Made by a program: the position numbers and the translations under genes. Under the pieces are notes generated by a model that was not told the DNA's origin, searched no databases, and saw nothing but the letters and a program-made list of their open reading frames with translations. Below, piece by piece: positions 42,497 to 51,719 of a stretch of DNA of 64,000 nucleotides (the first letter of the stretch is position 1; the number at the start of each line of letters is the position of its first letter). Source of the stretch: an uncultured Pelagibacteraceae bacterium (GTDB lineage Bacteria > Pseudomonadota > Alphaproteobacteria > Pelagibacterales > Pelagibacteraceae); assembly GCA_902605645.1 (NCBI GenBank), contig CACLDE010000004.1, forward strand, positions 8,718 to 72,717, in the 5' to 3' direction.

Positions 42497-43570
42497 TTAG
42501 GTTTTTTTCTGCATTAATCGCAAAATTATTGGCACAATAAATAGAATCATTAAGAGCCTTATAATATGGTGAAAAGATACAAATTCTGGGTCTAAATCGA
42601 AAAAAATAGCTATTACCGCAACTTCATAAATTCCACCAGGACAATAAGACAATAATAATGTGAAGAAATTTTTATCTATTACTAAACTTGCTAGATAAGC
42701 TGCTAACACACCAAGAATGACTAAAAAAAAGGTAGCAACGAAACTATGTAAGGCATTTTTTCCTATTTCACTAAAAGTTTTATTTGCAAATCTACAACCC
42801 ACAGAAGATCCAAGTATTAATAAACAAAAATTAATAATATCTGGGGATAATTTATAACTTGCAACTTCTGTTATCTGCAATAATCCACTAGCCACAAGTG
42901 TGCCTGCTAAGAGTGCTGCAGGTACTTTTATTTTATCAAAAATAAAAATAATCAGTAAAGATGAAGATATTAAGATTAATAAATCATAAATATTTTGCTC
43001 TATAACTACATCTATATTTTCAATTTTATTTTGATCATAAAAACTGTCTACAATAAATGGGAATACAGTTATTATTATAATCAATCTAATTAAGTGTGAG
43101 GTAGCAACTTGACTTAGATCAGATTTTTCATCTTCAGCTAAAATTAAAAGTGGACCTAAGGCTCCTGGAGCAGCAGAAAAAATTGATGTTTTTTTCTCAT
43201 ATCCTGAAAATCTTTCTAAATATTTTGAAACAAACAAGACACTTAGAATTATATAGCCTAACATGATTAAAGATGTCCAAATCCATTGGTGCATCTGAGA
43301 AAATAAATTTTTGTCTATATAATTTCCAATGTAGAGACCTAGCAGAATCAATATTATACTCAAAACCAATCTAGGCATGACTAGTTTTAGACCCAATAGA
43401 GACAACAATGATGTTATAATCATAGGACCTAAAAACCAAGCTAAAGGGATATTAAAATACTCTGCGATTATTGCTGCAGGAATAGAGAATATTATTACCA
43501 AAATAAATTCTTTTGAAAAAATCAGTTTAAAATTTTCTTTATTAATTGGTATAGACTGGTTATTCTGCAT
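42497..43570 (-). CDS. AbrB-family (AidB regulator-type) duplicated membrane protein
   Basis: PLAWFLGP, SAAPGAL, HLIRL, YCPGG.YE and HHIIRL; two-fold internal repeat. Confidence 0.85.
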   Translation of the reverse strand: MQNNQSIPINKENFKLIFSKEFILVIIFSIPAAIIAEYFNIPLAWFLGPMIITSLLSLLGLKLVMPRLVLSIILILLGLYIGNYIDKNLFSQMHQWIWTSLIMLGYIILSVLFVSKYLERFSGYEKKTSIFSAAPGALGPLLILAEDEKSDLSQVATSHLIRLIIIITVFPFIVDSFYDQNKIENIDVVIEQNIYDLLILISSSLLIIFIFDKIKVPAALLAGTLVASGLLQITEVASYKLSPDIINFCLLILGSSVGCRFANKTFSEIGKNALHSFVATFFLVILGVLAAYLASLVIDKNFFTLLLSYCPGGIYEVAVIAIFFDLDPEFVSFHHIIRLLMILFIVPIILRLMQKKT

Positions 43571-43575
43571 TTATT

Positions 43576-44338
43576 ATGAATATTGGTTTTTTAGGCTCAG
43601 GACATATTACATCTTCCATAATTGAAGGTATTTCAAAATCTAAGCTTAAAATCAAAAAAATTTATATCTCCCCTCGAAATAAATTAATATCAAAAAAAAA
43701 TAAGCAAAAGATTTAAAAAAGTGAATATCGCAATTAACAATCAACAGGTAATCGATAGATCCAATTGGGTTTTTTTTAGCGGTAACGCCCCAAGTAGGAA
43801 ATAAGATTTTGAATAAACTTAAATTTAATAAAAATAAAAAAATAATTAGTCTTATATCAACGATAAACGTAGAAAAATTAAAAAAATATACAAAAAGCAA
43901 AAATATATTTAGAGCAATTCCTTTACCATTTATAGGTATGCGAAAAGGGCCAATTATAATTTGTCCTAGGGACAATCAATTACAAAACTTTTTTAGGCAT
44001 CTTGGTAAAGTAATAGCACTGAAGAATGAAAAAAAACTTCAAAAGCTTTTTGGTCAACTTCGTCGTTCATGGCTTCTTTTTATTTTTTGTTAAACCAAAC
44101 TAGCAACTGGTTAACCTCTAAAGGTATAAATAAAAAAGATGCGGAAGATTACACTAGAGAACTTTTTTTGGCGTTGTCAGAAGACGCAATAAATAAAAAC
44201 AAAAGTTCTTTAAAACAACTGGTACTAGAATCACAAACACCTGGTGGAACCAATGCTTATGTGCTTAATCAGCTTAAAAAAAAGAAATTTTACAAAGTCC
44301 AGCAAACAGTTTTAAATAGTATCTTTAAAAAATTTTAA
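43576..44338 (+). pseudogene. proC: Pyrroline-5-carboxylate reductase-like gene with three homopolymer frameshifts (probably artefactual)
   Basis: ATG 43576 MNIGFLGSGHI..ISPRN; NQQVID..WVFLAVTP; RAIPLP; SQTPGGTN. Breaks at A9 43692-43700, T8 43770-43777 and A8 44029-44036. Confidence 0.8.
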
Positions 44339-44348
44339 AACTCTTAAT

Positions 44349-45266
44349 ATGGATACTGCTTATTTCTTACAACAATTAATTAATGGTGTAACTTTAGGTT
44401 CAGTTTATGGATTGATAGCTATTGGTTATACTATGGTCTATGGAATAATTGGTATGATTAATTTCGCTCATGGTGATATTTTCATGGTCGGAGCATTTAT
44501 TGCTCTTATATCATTTATATTATTCGCACTTACAAGTATTGCATTGCCAATAGTGTTATTACTGACACTTTTGATAGCAATGGTTTTTACAGCTTGTTAT
44601 GGTTGGACGGTAGAAAAATTAGCTTATAAACCTTTAAGAAAATCTTTTAGATTAGCTCCTCTAATATCAGCTTTAGGAATGTCTATAGTTCTACAAAATT
44701 ATGTTCAAGCTGCACAGGGTGCAAGAATAAAAACTCTACAGCCGGTAATTCAGGGTGGCTTTACTTTCATGGAAGATACAGGCTTTACGGTATCGTTTAG
44801 TTACTTACAAATTTTTATAATTTTAGTAACAATTGTTTTAATGGCCGTTTTTACCTTACTTATTACTAGAACAGCACTTGGCCGTGCTCAAAGAGCATGT
44901 GAACAAGATAGAACTATGACTGCATTAATGGGAATAAATGTAGACAGAACGATATCAATAACTTTTATAATTGGTTCGTCACTTGCCTCTGTCGCTGGCA
45001 TGATGTTTGTCATGTACTATGGCGTTATAGATTTTTATATAGGTTTCCTTGCGGGGATAAAAGCATTTACCGCTGCAGTACTCGGAGGAATAGGCTCCGT
45101 ACCCGGAGCTATGCTCGGAGGATTGTTAATAGGTTTAATAGAAGTTTTTTGGTCAGGATATATTTCTATAGAATATAAAGACATAGCTGCATTTACTGTT
45201 TTAGTAGTTGTTTTAATATTTTATCCAACTGGATTTTTAGGCAAGCCTGATATTGAAAAAGTATAA
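44349..45266 (+). CDS. livH: Branched-chain amino acid ABC permease
   Basis: GYTMVYGIIGMINFAHG, GRAQRACEQD and KAFTAAVLGGIG motifs. Confidence 0.93.
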   Translation: MDTAYFLQQLINGVTLGSVYGLIAIGYTMVYGIIGMINFAHGDIFMVGAFIALISFILFALTSIALPIVLLLTLLIAMVFTACYGWTVEKLAYKPLRKSFRLAPLISALGMSIVLQNYVQAAQGARIKTLQPVIQGGFTFMEDTGFTVSFSYLQIFIILVTIVLMAVFTLLITRTALGRAQRACEQDRTMTALMGINVDRTISITFIIGSSLASVAGMMFVMYYGVIDFYIGFLAGIKAFTAAVLGGIGSVPGAMLGGLLIGLIEVFWSGYISIEYKDIAAFTVLVVVLIFYPTGFLGKPDIEKV

Positions 45267-46544
45267 ATGAAAAAAAATTTTTTAGTATCTTCAATTAAAG
45301 ATAGTCTTTTTACAGGTTTAATTGCCTTAGCTTTATTTGGCCCAATAGTAGGTTTAAGAACAGTTGCTAAAAATGAAGTTTTAGTTGTCAACCCTAAATG
45401 GTTTATCGTATTAATTATTGTTATAGTTTGTGCTTTAGGGAGATTTCTTACTAATTTATATTTTTACAACAGAGATCAAAAATATGGAATACAATCAACT
45501 ATCGGTAAATCAATTACGAATTTCTTAGACACTAAAGGAACTCAAATTGCTTTAAGTGCAATTATTTTCTCAATTATTTTTCCTTTCCTTCCTTTTACTG
45601 ATCGATATCTGATGGATATAGCCATCATGATGTTAACTTATATAATGTTGGGATGGGGTTTAAATATTGTAATAGGATTAGCTGGGTTGCTTGATCTTGG
45701 TTACGTCGCATTCTATGCAGTAGGCGCTTATTCTTACGCATTGTTTGCCATACATTTTGGATGGTCTTTTTGGATTTGTTTGCCAATAGCAGGAATTTTT
45801 GCTGCGATGTTTGGAGTTTTGTTAGGGTTTCCAGTTTTAAGACTCAGAGGAGATTATCTTGCAATTGTTACATTGGCATTTGGCGAAATGATAAGAATAC
45901 TTTTATTAAATTGGTATCAACTTACAAAAGGACCAGATGGTTTAACAGGCATACCGAGACCATCTTTTTTTGGCTTACCGTTTAAAAGTTTTCCAGAAGA
46001 AGGAGAGCAAACATTTCATACTTTTTTTGGCTTAGAATATAGTCCAATGCAAAGAATTATATTTTTATATTATCTTATTCTTGTGTTAGCTTTAATAACC
46101 AATCTTTTTACTATCAAAATTAGGCGGTTACCAATTGGAAGAGCCTGGGAAGCTTTAAGGGAGGACGAAATAGCATGTAAGTCCTTAGGTGTTAACCCTA
46201 GAAATACAAAACTTACTGCGTTTGCTATTGGTGCAATGTTTGGAGGATTTGCAGGTTCCTTTTTTGCAACTAGACAAGCTTTTATAAGCCCGGAAAGTTT
46301 TACTTTTATTGAGTCAGCGATAATAGTTGCAATTGTGGTACTTGGAGGCATGGGTTCGCAAACAGGTGTAGTTTTAGCGACTGTCTTTTTAATTGGATTA
46401 ATTGAAGTTTTTAGAGATTTTGAGTCTTACAGAATGATAGCATTCGGTGGAGCAATGGTTCTTATAATGATTTTTAGACCTAGAGGAATTTTAGCAACAA
46501 GAAAACCAACAATAACTCTTCAAAAAAAAGAGGCTACTAAATGA
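45267..46544 (+). CDS. livM: Branched-chain amino acid ABC permease
   Basis: GLAGLLDLGYVAFY, LRGDYLAIVTL and GRAWEALREDE motifs. Confidence 0.93.
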   Translation: MKKNFLVSSIKDSLFTGLIALALFGPIVGLRTVAKNEVLVVNPKWFIVLIIVIVCALGRFLTNLYFYNRDQKYGIQSTIGKSITNFLDTKGTQIALSAIIFSIIFPFLPFTDRYLMDIAIMMLTYIMLGWGLNIVIGLAGLLDLGYVAFYAVGAYSYALFAIHFGWSFWICLPIAGIFAAMFGVLLGFPVLRLRGDYLAIVTLAFGEMIRILLLNWYQLTKGPDGLTGIPRPSFFGLPFKSFPEEGEQTFHTFFGLEYSPMQRIIFLYYLILVLALITNLFTIKIRRLPIGRAWEALREDEIACKSLGVNPRNTKLTAFAIGAMFGGFAGSFFATRQAFISPESFTFIESAIIVAIVVLGGMGSQTGVVLATVFLIGLIEVFRDFESYRMIAFGGAMVLIMIFRPRGILATRKPTITLQKKEATK

Positions 46545-47335
46545 CAGCAAAATTATTAGATGTTGAAAATTTAACTATGAGATTTGGTGGTTTATTAGCA
46601 ATAGATGACTTATCTTTTTCGGCGGCTAAAGATCAAATTACATCAATTATTGGACCAAACGGAGCTGGAAAAACAACCGTATTTAATTGCTTAACAGGTT
46701 TTTATAAAGCTACTGCAGGCTCAATGTTTCTAAATAAAGAAAATGAGAGATTAAATTTAAAAAAGTTTTCAGATTTTAAAGTTGCTCAGAAAGCAGGAGT
46801 GGCTAGAACTTTTCAAAATATCAGACTTTTTCCACAAATGTCTGTATTAGAAAACTTGATGGTTGCTCAACATAATAAACTAATGGACGCATCAGGATTT
46901 ACAATTTTAGGATTATTCAATGCACCCTCTTTTATAAACAAAGAAAAAGAAGCAATAGAAATTTCAAAATACTGGCTAGACATAATAGGTCTTACTCATA
47001 GAGCTGATGATGATGCAGGTGATTTACCTTATGGGGATCAAAGAAAATTGGAAATAGTAAGAGCAATGTGTATTAATCCTTATTTACTATGTTTGGATGA
47101 ACCAGCAGCTGGATTAAATGCAAAAGAGTCGGCTGAATTAAATAAGTTACTTCTATTTATAAAAAAGGAAAAAAAAACTGGTATTTTGTTAATTGAACAT
47201 GATATGAGCGTTGTAATGGAGATTTCTGATCATGTAGTTGTTTTAAATTATGGAAAGAAAATATTTCAAGGATCCGCAAAGGAAACGAAAAATAGCCCAG
47301 CAGTTATTGAGGCATATTTAGGAACAGAGGACTAA
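46541..47335 (+). CDS. livG: Branched-chain amino acid ABC ATPase
   Basis: GPNGAGKTT, RTFQNIRLF, LPYG and DEPAAG motifs. Confidence 0.93.
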   Translation: MTAKLLDVENLTMRFGGLLAIDDLSFSAAKDQITSIIGPNGAGKTTVFNCLTGFYKATAGSMFLNKENERLNLKKFSDFKVAQKAGVARTFQNIRLFPQMSVLENLMVAQHNKLMDASGFTILGLFNAPSFINKEKEAIEISKYWLDIIGLTHRADDDAGDLPYGDQRKLEIVRAMCINPYLLCLDEPAAGLNAKESAELNKLLLFIKKEKKTGILLIEHDMSVVMEISDHVVVLNYGKKIFQGSAKETKNSPAVIEAYLGTED

Positions 47336-47336
47336 A

Positions 47337-48056
47337 ATGTTATTAATATCAAAAGTTGAAACCTTCTATGGAAATATTCAGGCTTTAAGAGGAGTAGATG
47401 TAAAAGTAAATAGTGGAGAAATTGTTACTTTGATTGGTTCTAATGGAGCAGGTAAATCAACTTTATTAATGACAATAAGCGGTGTTAATAAAGCTTCAAC
47501 CGGTGAAATTTTATTCGATGATCAACACATAGAAAATTTACATCCACACGAAATAGTAAATCTTGGAATTTCACAGGTACCGGAAGGAAGAAGAATTTTT
47601 TCAAGACTTTCGGTAGAAGATAACTTGAGGTTGGGAGCATCAGCATATGAGAAGGGAAAAAATTTTAATATCGATGTAAAAGATGTTTATGATCTTTTTC
47701 CAGTTCTTAAAGATAGATTAAATCAAAGAGGCGGAACTCTTTCAGGAGGAGAACAACAAATGTTAGCTATAGGAAGAGCGATGATGGCTCGACCAAAAAT
47801 GCTTTTACTAGATGAACCATCTTTAGGTATTGCCCCTAAACTTGTAAATCAAATTTTTATTGCTATAAAAAATATTAATAAACAAAAAAAGGTAACAATT
47901 TTTTTGGTCGAGCAAAATGCTAAAAAGGCTTTAGAGCTTGCGGATCGAGGATACGTTTTGGTTAATGGAAATGTGACTTTAGAGGGTTCAGGTCAAGACT
48001 TACTAAAAAACAAGGATATTCAAGCTGCTTACCTCGAAGGGGGTGGAAAAAAATAA
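47337..48056 (+). CDS. livF: Branched-chain amino acid ABC ATPase
   Basis: PEGRRIF, LSGGEQQMLA and VEQNA motifs. Confidence 0.93.
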   Translation: MLLISKVETFYGNIQALRGVDVKVNSGEIVTLIGSNGAGKSTLLMTISGVNKASTGEILFDDQHIENLHPHEIVNLGISQVPEGRRIFSRLSVEDNLRLGASAYEKGKNFNIDVKDVYDLFPVLKDRLNQRGGTLSGGEQQMLAIGRAMMARPKMLLLDEPSLGIAPKLVNQIFIAIKNINKQKKVTIFLVEQNAKKALELADRGYVLVNGNVTLEGSGQDLLKNKDIQAAYLEGGGKK

Positions 48057-48132
48057 TTTTTTTCCATATTTACAAAAAAGCTTAGGTAGTGTTCAATAAT
48101 CAAATTAATTAATTAACAAAAAAGAGGAACAT

Positions 48133-49236
48133 ATGTTTAAGATTATGAAAAATATTCTTTCAATAATTGCTTCAATCTTTTTATTAGGATCAATAACAGT
48201 AAAAGCTGATGTAGTAGTTGCTTCTGCTGGACCAATGAGTGGTCAATACGCATCTTTTGGTGCTCAGTTAAAAGCTGGTGCTGAAATGTGGCTTAAAGAT
48301 ACTAATGCAAAAGGTGGTATTTTGGGAGAAAAAGTTAAATTAGTGATAGGTGATGATGCTTGTGATCCAAAACAAGCTGTGGCTGTTGCAAATAAATTTG
48401 CAGGTCAAGGCGTGACTTACGTAGCAGGACATTTCTGTTCAGGATCTTCTATACCAGCTTCTAAAGTTTACACAGAGGAAGGTATTATCCAAGTATCTCC
48501 AGCTTCAACTAATCCAGCGTTCACAGATAAAGGTGGACCAAATGTATTTAGAGTTTGTGGTAGAGATGACCAGCAGGGCGAAGTTGCAGGAGCTTTCTTA
48601 GCAAAAGAATATAGTGGAAAAAAAGTTGCAATAATTCATGACAAAACTGCTTATGGAAAAGGTTTAGCAGACGCTACTAAGAAAAACATGAATAAAGGCG
48701 GATTAAAAGAAACTATGTACGAAGCGTTTACAGCAGGTGAAAAAGACTATTCTGCTTTAGTTTCTAAATTAAAATCTAACGGTATTGATGCTGTATACCT
48801 TGGAGGTTATCATACTGAAGGCGGTTTAATCGTAAGACAAATGAGAGACCAAGGTATGAAAACTAAATTGATTAGTGGAGATGCTTTAGTAACTGCCGAG
48901 TATTGGCAAATTACTGGTGACGCTGGTGAAGGTACTTTAATGACTTTTAGCCCGGACCCAAGGAACAACCCAGAAGCTGCGCCATTAGTAAAAAAATTTA
49001 AAGCTGCTGGAATTGAGCCAGAGGGTTATGTACTTTACTCTTATGCTGCGTTACAAGTATTTGAGCAAGCTGCAACTCAAGCTGGATCAATCGACAGAAA
49101 AAAAGTTCTTAAAGCAATGAAAAAAGGAAAATTTAATACAGTGCTTGGAACTTTAAGTTTTGATAAAAAAGGTGACGTAAGTTTACCAGGTTACGTTTTT
49201 TATGAGTGGAGCAAAGGTAATTATAAACAATTATAA
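48133..49236 (+). CDS. livJ: Branched-chain amino acid-binding protein
   Basis: GPMSGQYA, DDACDPKQA, GHFCSGSSIPAS and RDDQQG motifs. Confidence 0.9.
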   Translation: MFKIMKNILSIIASIFLLGSITVKADVVVASAGPMSGQYASFGAQLKAGAEMWLKDTNAKGGILGEKVKLVIGDDACDPKQAVAVANKFAGQGVTYVAGHFCSGSSIPASKVYTEEGIIQVSPASTNPAFTDKGGPNVFRVCGRDDQQGEVAGAFLAKEYSGKKVAIIHDKTAYGKGLADATKKNMNKGGLKETMYEAFTAGEKDYSALVSKLKSNGIDAVYLGGYHTEGGLIVRQMRDQGMKTKLISGDALVTAEYWQITGDAGEGTLMTFSPDPRNNPEAAPLVKKFKAAGIEPEGYVLYSYAALQVFEQAATQAGSIDRKKVLKAMKKGKFNTVLGTLSFDKKGDVSLPGYVFYEWSKGNYKQL

Positions 49237-49256
49237 TTATTTAAATTAATATTTTT

Positions 49257-49283
49257 AAAGGGGGCGAAAGCCCCCTTTTTTTT
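49257..49283 (+). terminator. Intrinsic terminator after livJ
   Basis: AAAGGGGGC-GAAA-GCCCCC-T8. Confidence 0.92.
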
Positions 49284-49297
49284 ACAAGGTGGGAATA

Positions 49298-49633
49298 ATG
49301 GATATAACTTACGATGATTTTAAAAAAGTTTTAATAAAGGTTGGAACAGTAATAGACGTTAAAAAAAACGAAAAAGCTAGGAAACCATCATTAGTGATAA
49401 AAGTAGATTTTGGAAAAGAAATTGGTATAAAGCAATCTTCAGCTCAGATCACACACTTCTATAACGCAGGAAATCTCATTGGCAAACAAGTTATAGGGGT
49501 GTGCAATTTTCCAACTAAAAATATAGCGGGTGTTTTATCTGAGGTATTGGTCCTAGGAGCAATAGAAAAAGATGGAAAAGTTGTCCTTGTGCATCCTTCT
49601 CAAAAAACTGACAACGGTTTAGATATTGCCTAA
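49298..49633 (+). CDS. csaA: CsaA / tRNA-binding OB-fold protein
   Basis: DFG.EIG.KQSSAQIT, NFP.KNIAG..SEVLVLG motifs. Confidence 0.88.
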   Translation: MDITYDDFKKVLIKVGTVIDVKKNEKARKPSLVIKVDFGKEIGIKQSSAQITHFYNAGNLIGKQVIGVCNFPTKNIAGVLSEVLVLGAIEKDGKVVLVHPSQKTDNGLDIA

Positions 49634-49651
49634 TATTAATATTTTTTAAAA

Positions 49652-50182
49652 TTATAATATTTTTTTTAAAATATTGTCTTTAAAAACAAAATGATGAGCT
49701 CCTACCGCAAGAATGTGAAGTGTTACGAGTGCTAAAAGTAGATAATTAGCGTAAACATGAACATTATAATAAGTATCTGCTAAAATAAAATTATCTTTTT
49801 CAAAACCATATTTAAAAAATATAAAGTTAAGTGTTTCTCCCATATACAATTTTTTCAAAATTCCTGAAATAGTGATTGTAAAAACACTCGCATAAAGTAA
49901 AAAGTGATTTGCTTTACCAATAAATATTTGTCCTCTGAAAAAACTTTTAATGTTAGTTGGGCTAGGGTTTATTGATTTCCAAATTAATCTAAATAATGTA
50001 AAATAAAAGATTGTTATGCCAACAAATATATGAATATTTTCAAGCTCTATTCTTTCACTAGAAAATTCAAGACTTACTAAATAAAATCCAAATGGAATTT
50101 GTACTAAAAGAGCCAAAAAAGTAATCCAATGGAACAATTTGCCTAGTAGACCATATTCTTTAGAACTATTAAATATCTTCAT
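49652..50182 (-). CDS. Cytochrome b561 family di-heme membrane protein
   Basis: 4 TM segments with heme His in LFHW, NIH, VH and LHIL..HH..KD.IL. Confidence 0.88.
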   Translation of the reverse strand: MKIFNSSKEYGLLGKLFHWITFLALLVQIPFGFYLVSLEFSSERIELENIHIFVGITIFYFTLFRLIWKSINPSPTNIKSFFRGQIFIGKANHFLLYASVFTITISGILKKLYMGETLNFIFFKYGFEKDNFILADTYYNVHVYANYLLLALVTLHILAVGAHHFVFKDNILKKIL

Positions 50183-50200
50183 TTTTAACTATTATATTAA

Positions 50201-50683
50201 ATGTTTTTAAAAAATTTTCACAAATCAATCATAATACTAATTTTATTTGTATCACTCTTTTATACTTTTAATTTTGTCGCAGATGAAAAGAAAGCATTAG
50301 CCAATGTAAACAGCAACAAATTGAATGCTGAAGTATTTAAAACTCCTTCATGTGGGTGTTGTTATGGATATGTTTTATTTTTAGAAAGAGAAAAATATAA
50401 CGTTAAGCAAACAGATATGAGAAGTCTTCATTCAATTAAACAAAAATATAACATTCCAGTGGAAATGCAGTCTTGCCATACCACGATTATAGGCAAATAT
50501 TTTATTGAAGGTCATGTTCCTCTTGCGGCTATTAATAAATTATTTAAAGAGAAACCTGATATAGATGGTATAGCTTTACCAGGAATGCCTATAGGAACAC
50601 CAGGAATGCCTGGTAAGAAAGAAGAACCTTATGTTATCTATCAACTAATAGATGGGAAATTCTCAATTTTCATGACAATATAA
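50201..50683 (+). CDS. DUF411 / CopG-like periplasmic metal-binding protein
   Basis: PSCGCC, SCHT, IEGHVP and PGMPIGTPGM motifs. Confidence 0.88.
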   Translation: MFLKNFHKSIIILILFVSLFYTFNFVADEKKALANVNSNKLNAEVFKTPSCGCCYGYVLFLEREKYNVKQTDMRSLHSIKQKYNIPVEMQSCHTTIIGKYFIEGHVPLAAINKLFKEKPDIDGIALPGMPIGTPGMPGKKEEPYVIYQLIDGKFSIFMTI

Positions 50684-50686
50684 AAA

Positions 50687-51124
50687 ATGAAAAAATTAAT
50701 TTTCACACTGATCTTTTTCGTGGGGCTTTCCCTACCAATACACTCTAATCAAAATGTAGAAGAAATTATTAAAGGAAGAAAAGCTATGTTTAGCGAAAAT
50801 TATCAAAATGCAAAAAAAATATCAATTTTACTGAAATCAAAAAGAATTGAGGAGGCTAAACCTGTTATGGAAAAAATTTCAACTAATTATAAAAAATTGT
50901 TAAATTATTTTCCTGAAAACACTAAAGAAGGTTTTAATACAGAGGCGCTACCAAGTATCTGGGAAAATAAAGATGAGTTCAACGCATTAATGCAAAAAGC
51001 TTCAGATGATATGATGAAACTTGCTAAAACTGTTGACACTGTTGAAGACTTTCGAAAAATTCAAAAAGAATTAATGTGGAACAATTGTTCATCATGTCAC
51101 AATAGATTTAGAGCTCCACACTAA
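50687..51124 (+). CDS. Class II cytochrome c (cytochrome c')
   Basis: Signal peptide, FPE, TEALPSIWEN..EF and C-terminal CSSCH..FR. Confidence 0.9.
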   Translation: MKKLIFTLIFFVGLSLPIHSNQNVEEIIKGRKAMFSENYQNAKKISILLKSKRIEEAKPVMEKISTNYKKLLNYFPENTKEGFNTEALPSIWENKDEFNALMQKASDDMMKLAKTVDTVEDFRKIQKELMWNNCSSCHNRFRAPH

Positions 51125-51128
51125 ATAA

Positions 51129-51716
51129 ATGCAAATTCTTCCGTTGATCTTGTTTGGTATTGCTACAGCTTTTTCCCCTGGACCAAATAATATAATGACT
51201 TCATATACAGCTTTTAACTTTGGTTTTAAAAAAGCTATACCTACAATGCTTGGAGTAATCATTGGATGGACTCTTTTAATAATTTTATTACAATTAACAT
51301 CTGCTGCAGTTTTTGAGAAATATCAATTTGTTCAAAATATAATAAAAATTCTTGGGTCAATCTATCTTCTTTATATGGCTTATAAACTATCTTTTGGTGG
51401 ACTAATCAACGATAAGAAGATTGACCCTAAACCAGTAACTTTTTTGAATACTTTTTGGTTTCAATTTGTAAACCCCAAAAGTATTATTGTAGGACTAACC
51501 TCAATTTCTCTTTTCATAGACACTCAAAATAATTATTTAAGAGATTCAATAATCTTAACGTCGGTTTGGTTTTTAATGGCAATTGGTAGCCAAACAGCTT
51601 GGTGTTTAATGGGTAAATACATGAGAAAATTCGCCACAAGTGATAAATTTATTAAGAATTTTAATTATACCATGTCTTTTTTGCTTATCGTTTGTGTTAT
51701 TATGTTCTATGTATAG
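51129..51716 (+). CDS. LysE family exporter (EamB-like)
   Basis: SPGPNNIM, NFGFKK and FQFVNPKS motifs. Confidence 0.87.
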   Translation: MQILPLILFGIATAFSPGPNNIMTSYTAFNFGFKKAIPTMLGVIIGWTLLIILLQLTSAAVFEKYQFVQNIIKILGSIYLLYMAYKLSFGGLINDKKIDPKPVTFLNTFWFQFVNPKSIIVGLTSISLFIDTQNNYLRDSIILTSVWFLMAIGSQTAWCLMGKYMRKFATSDKFIKNFNYTMSFLLIVCVIMFYV

Positions 51717-51719
51717 CGC

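Noticed and set aside
42497-43570. 'Putative ammonia monooxygenase' label often given to this family
   Set aside because: No amoCAB-like genes or copper-site motifs; a known misleading annotation
43652-43975. 107 aa minus-strand ORF in the apparent gap
   Set aside because: Antisense to the frameshifted proC-like gene, which explains the region
7399-44036. Programmed frameshifting or phase variation at the five broken homopolymers
   Set aside because: All are fixed by shortening a run, they hit housekeeping genes, and I saw no stimulatory structures; systematic over-calling is simpler
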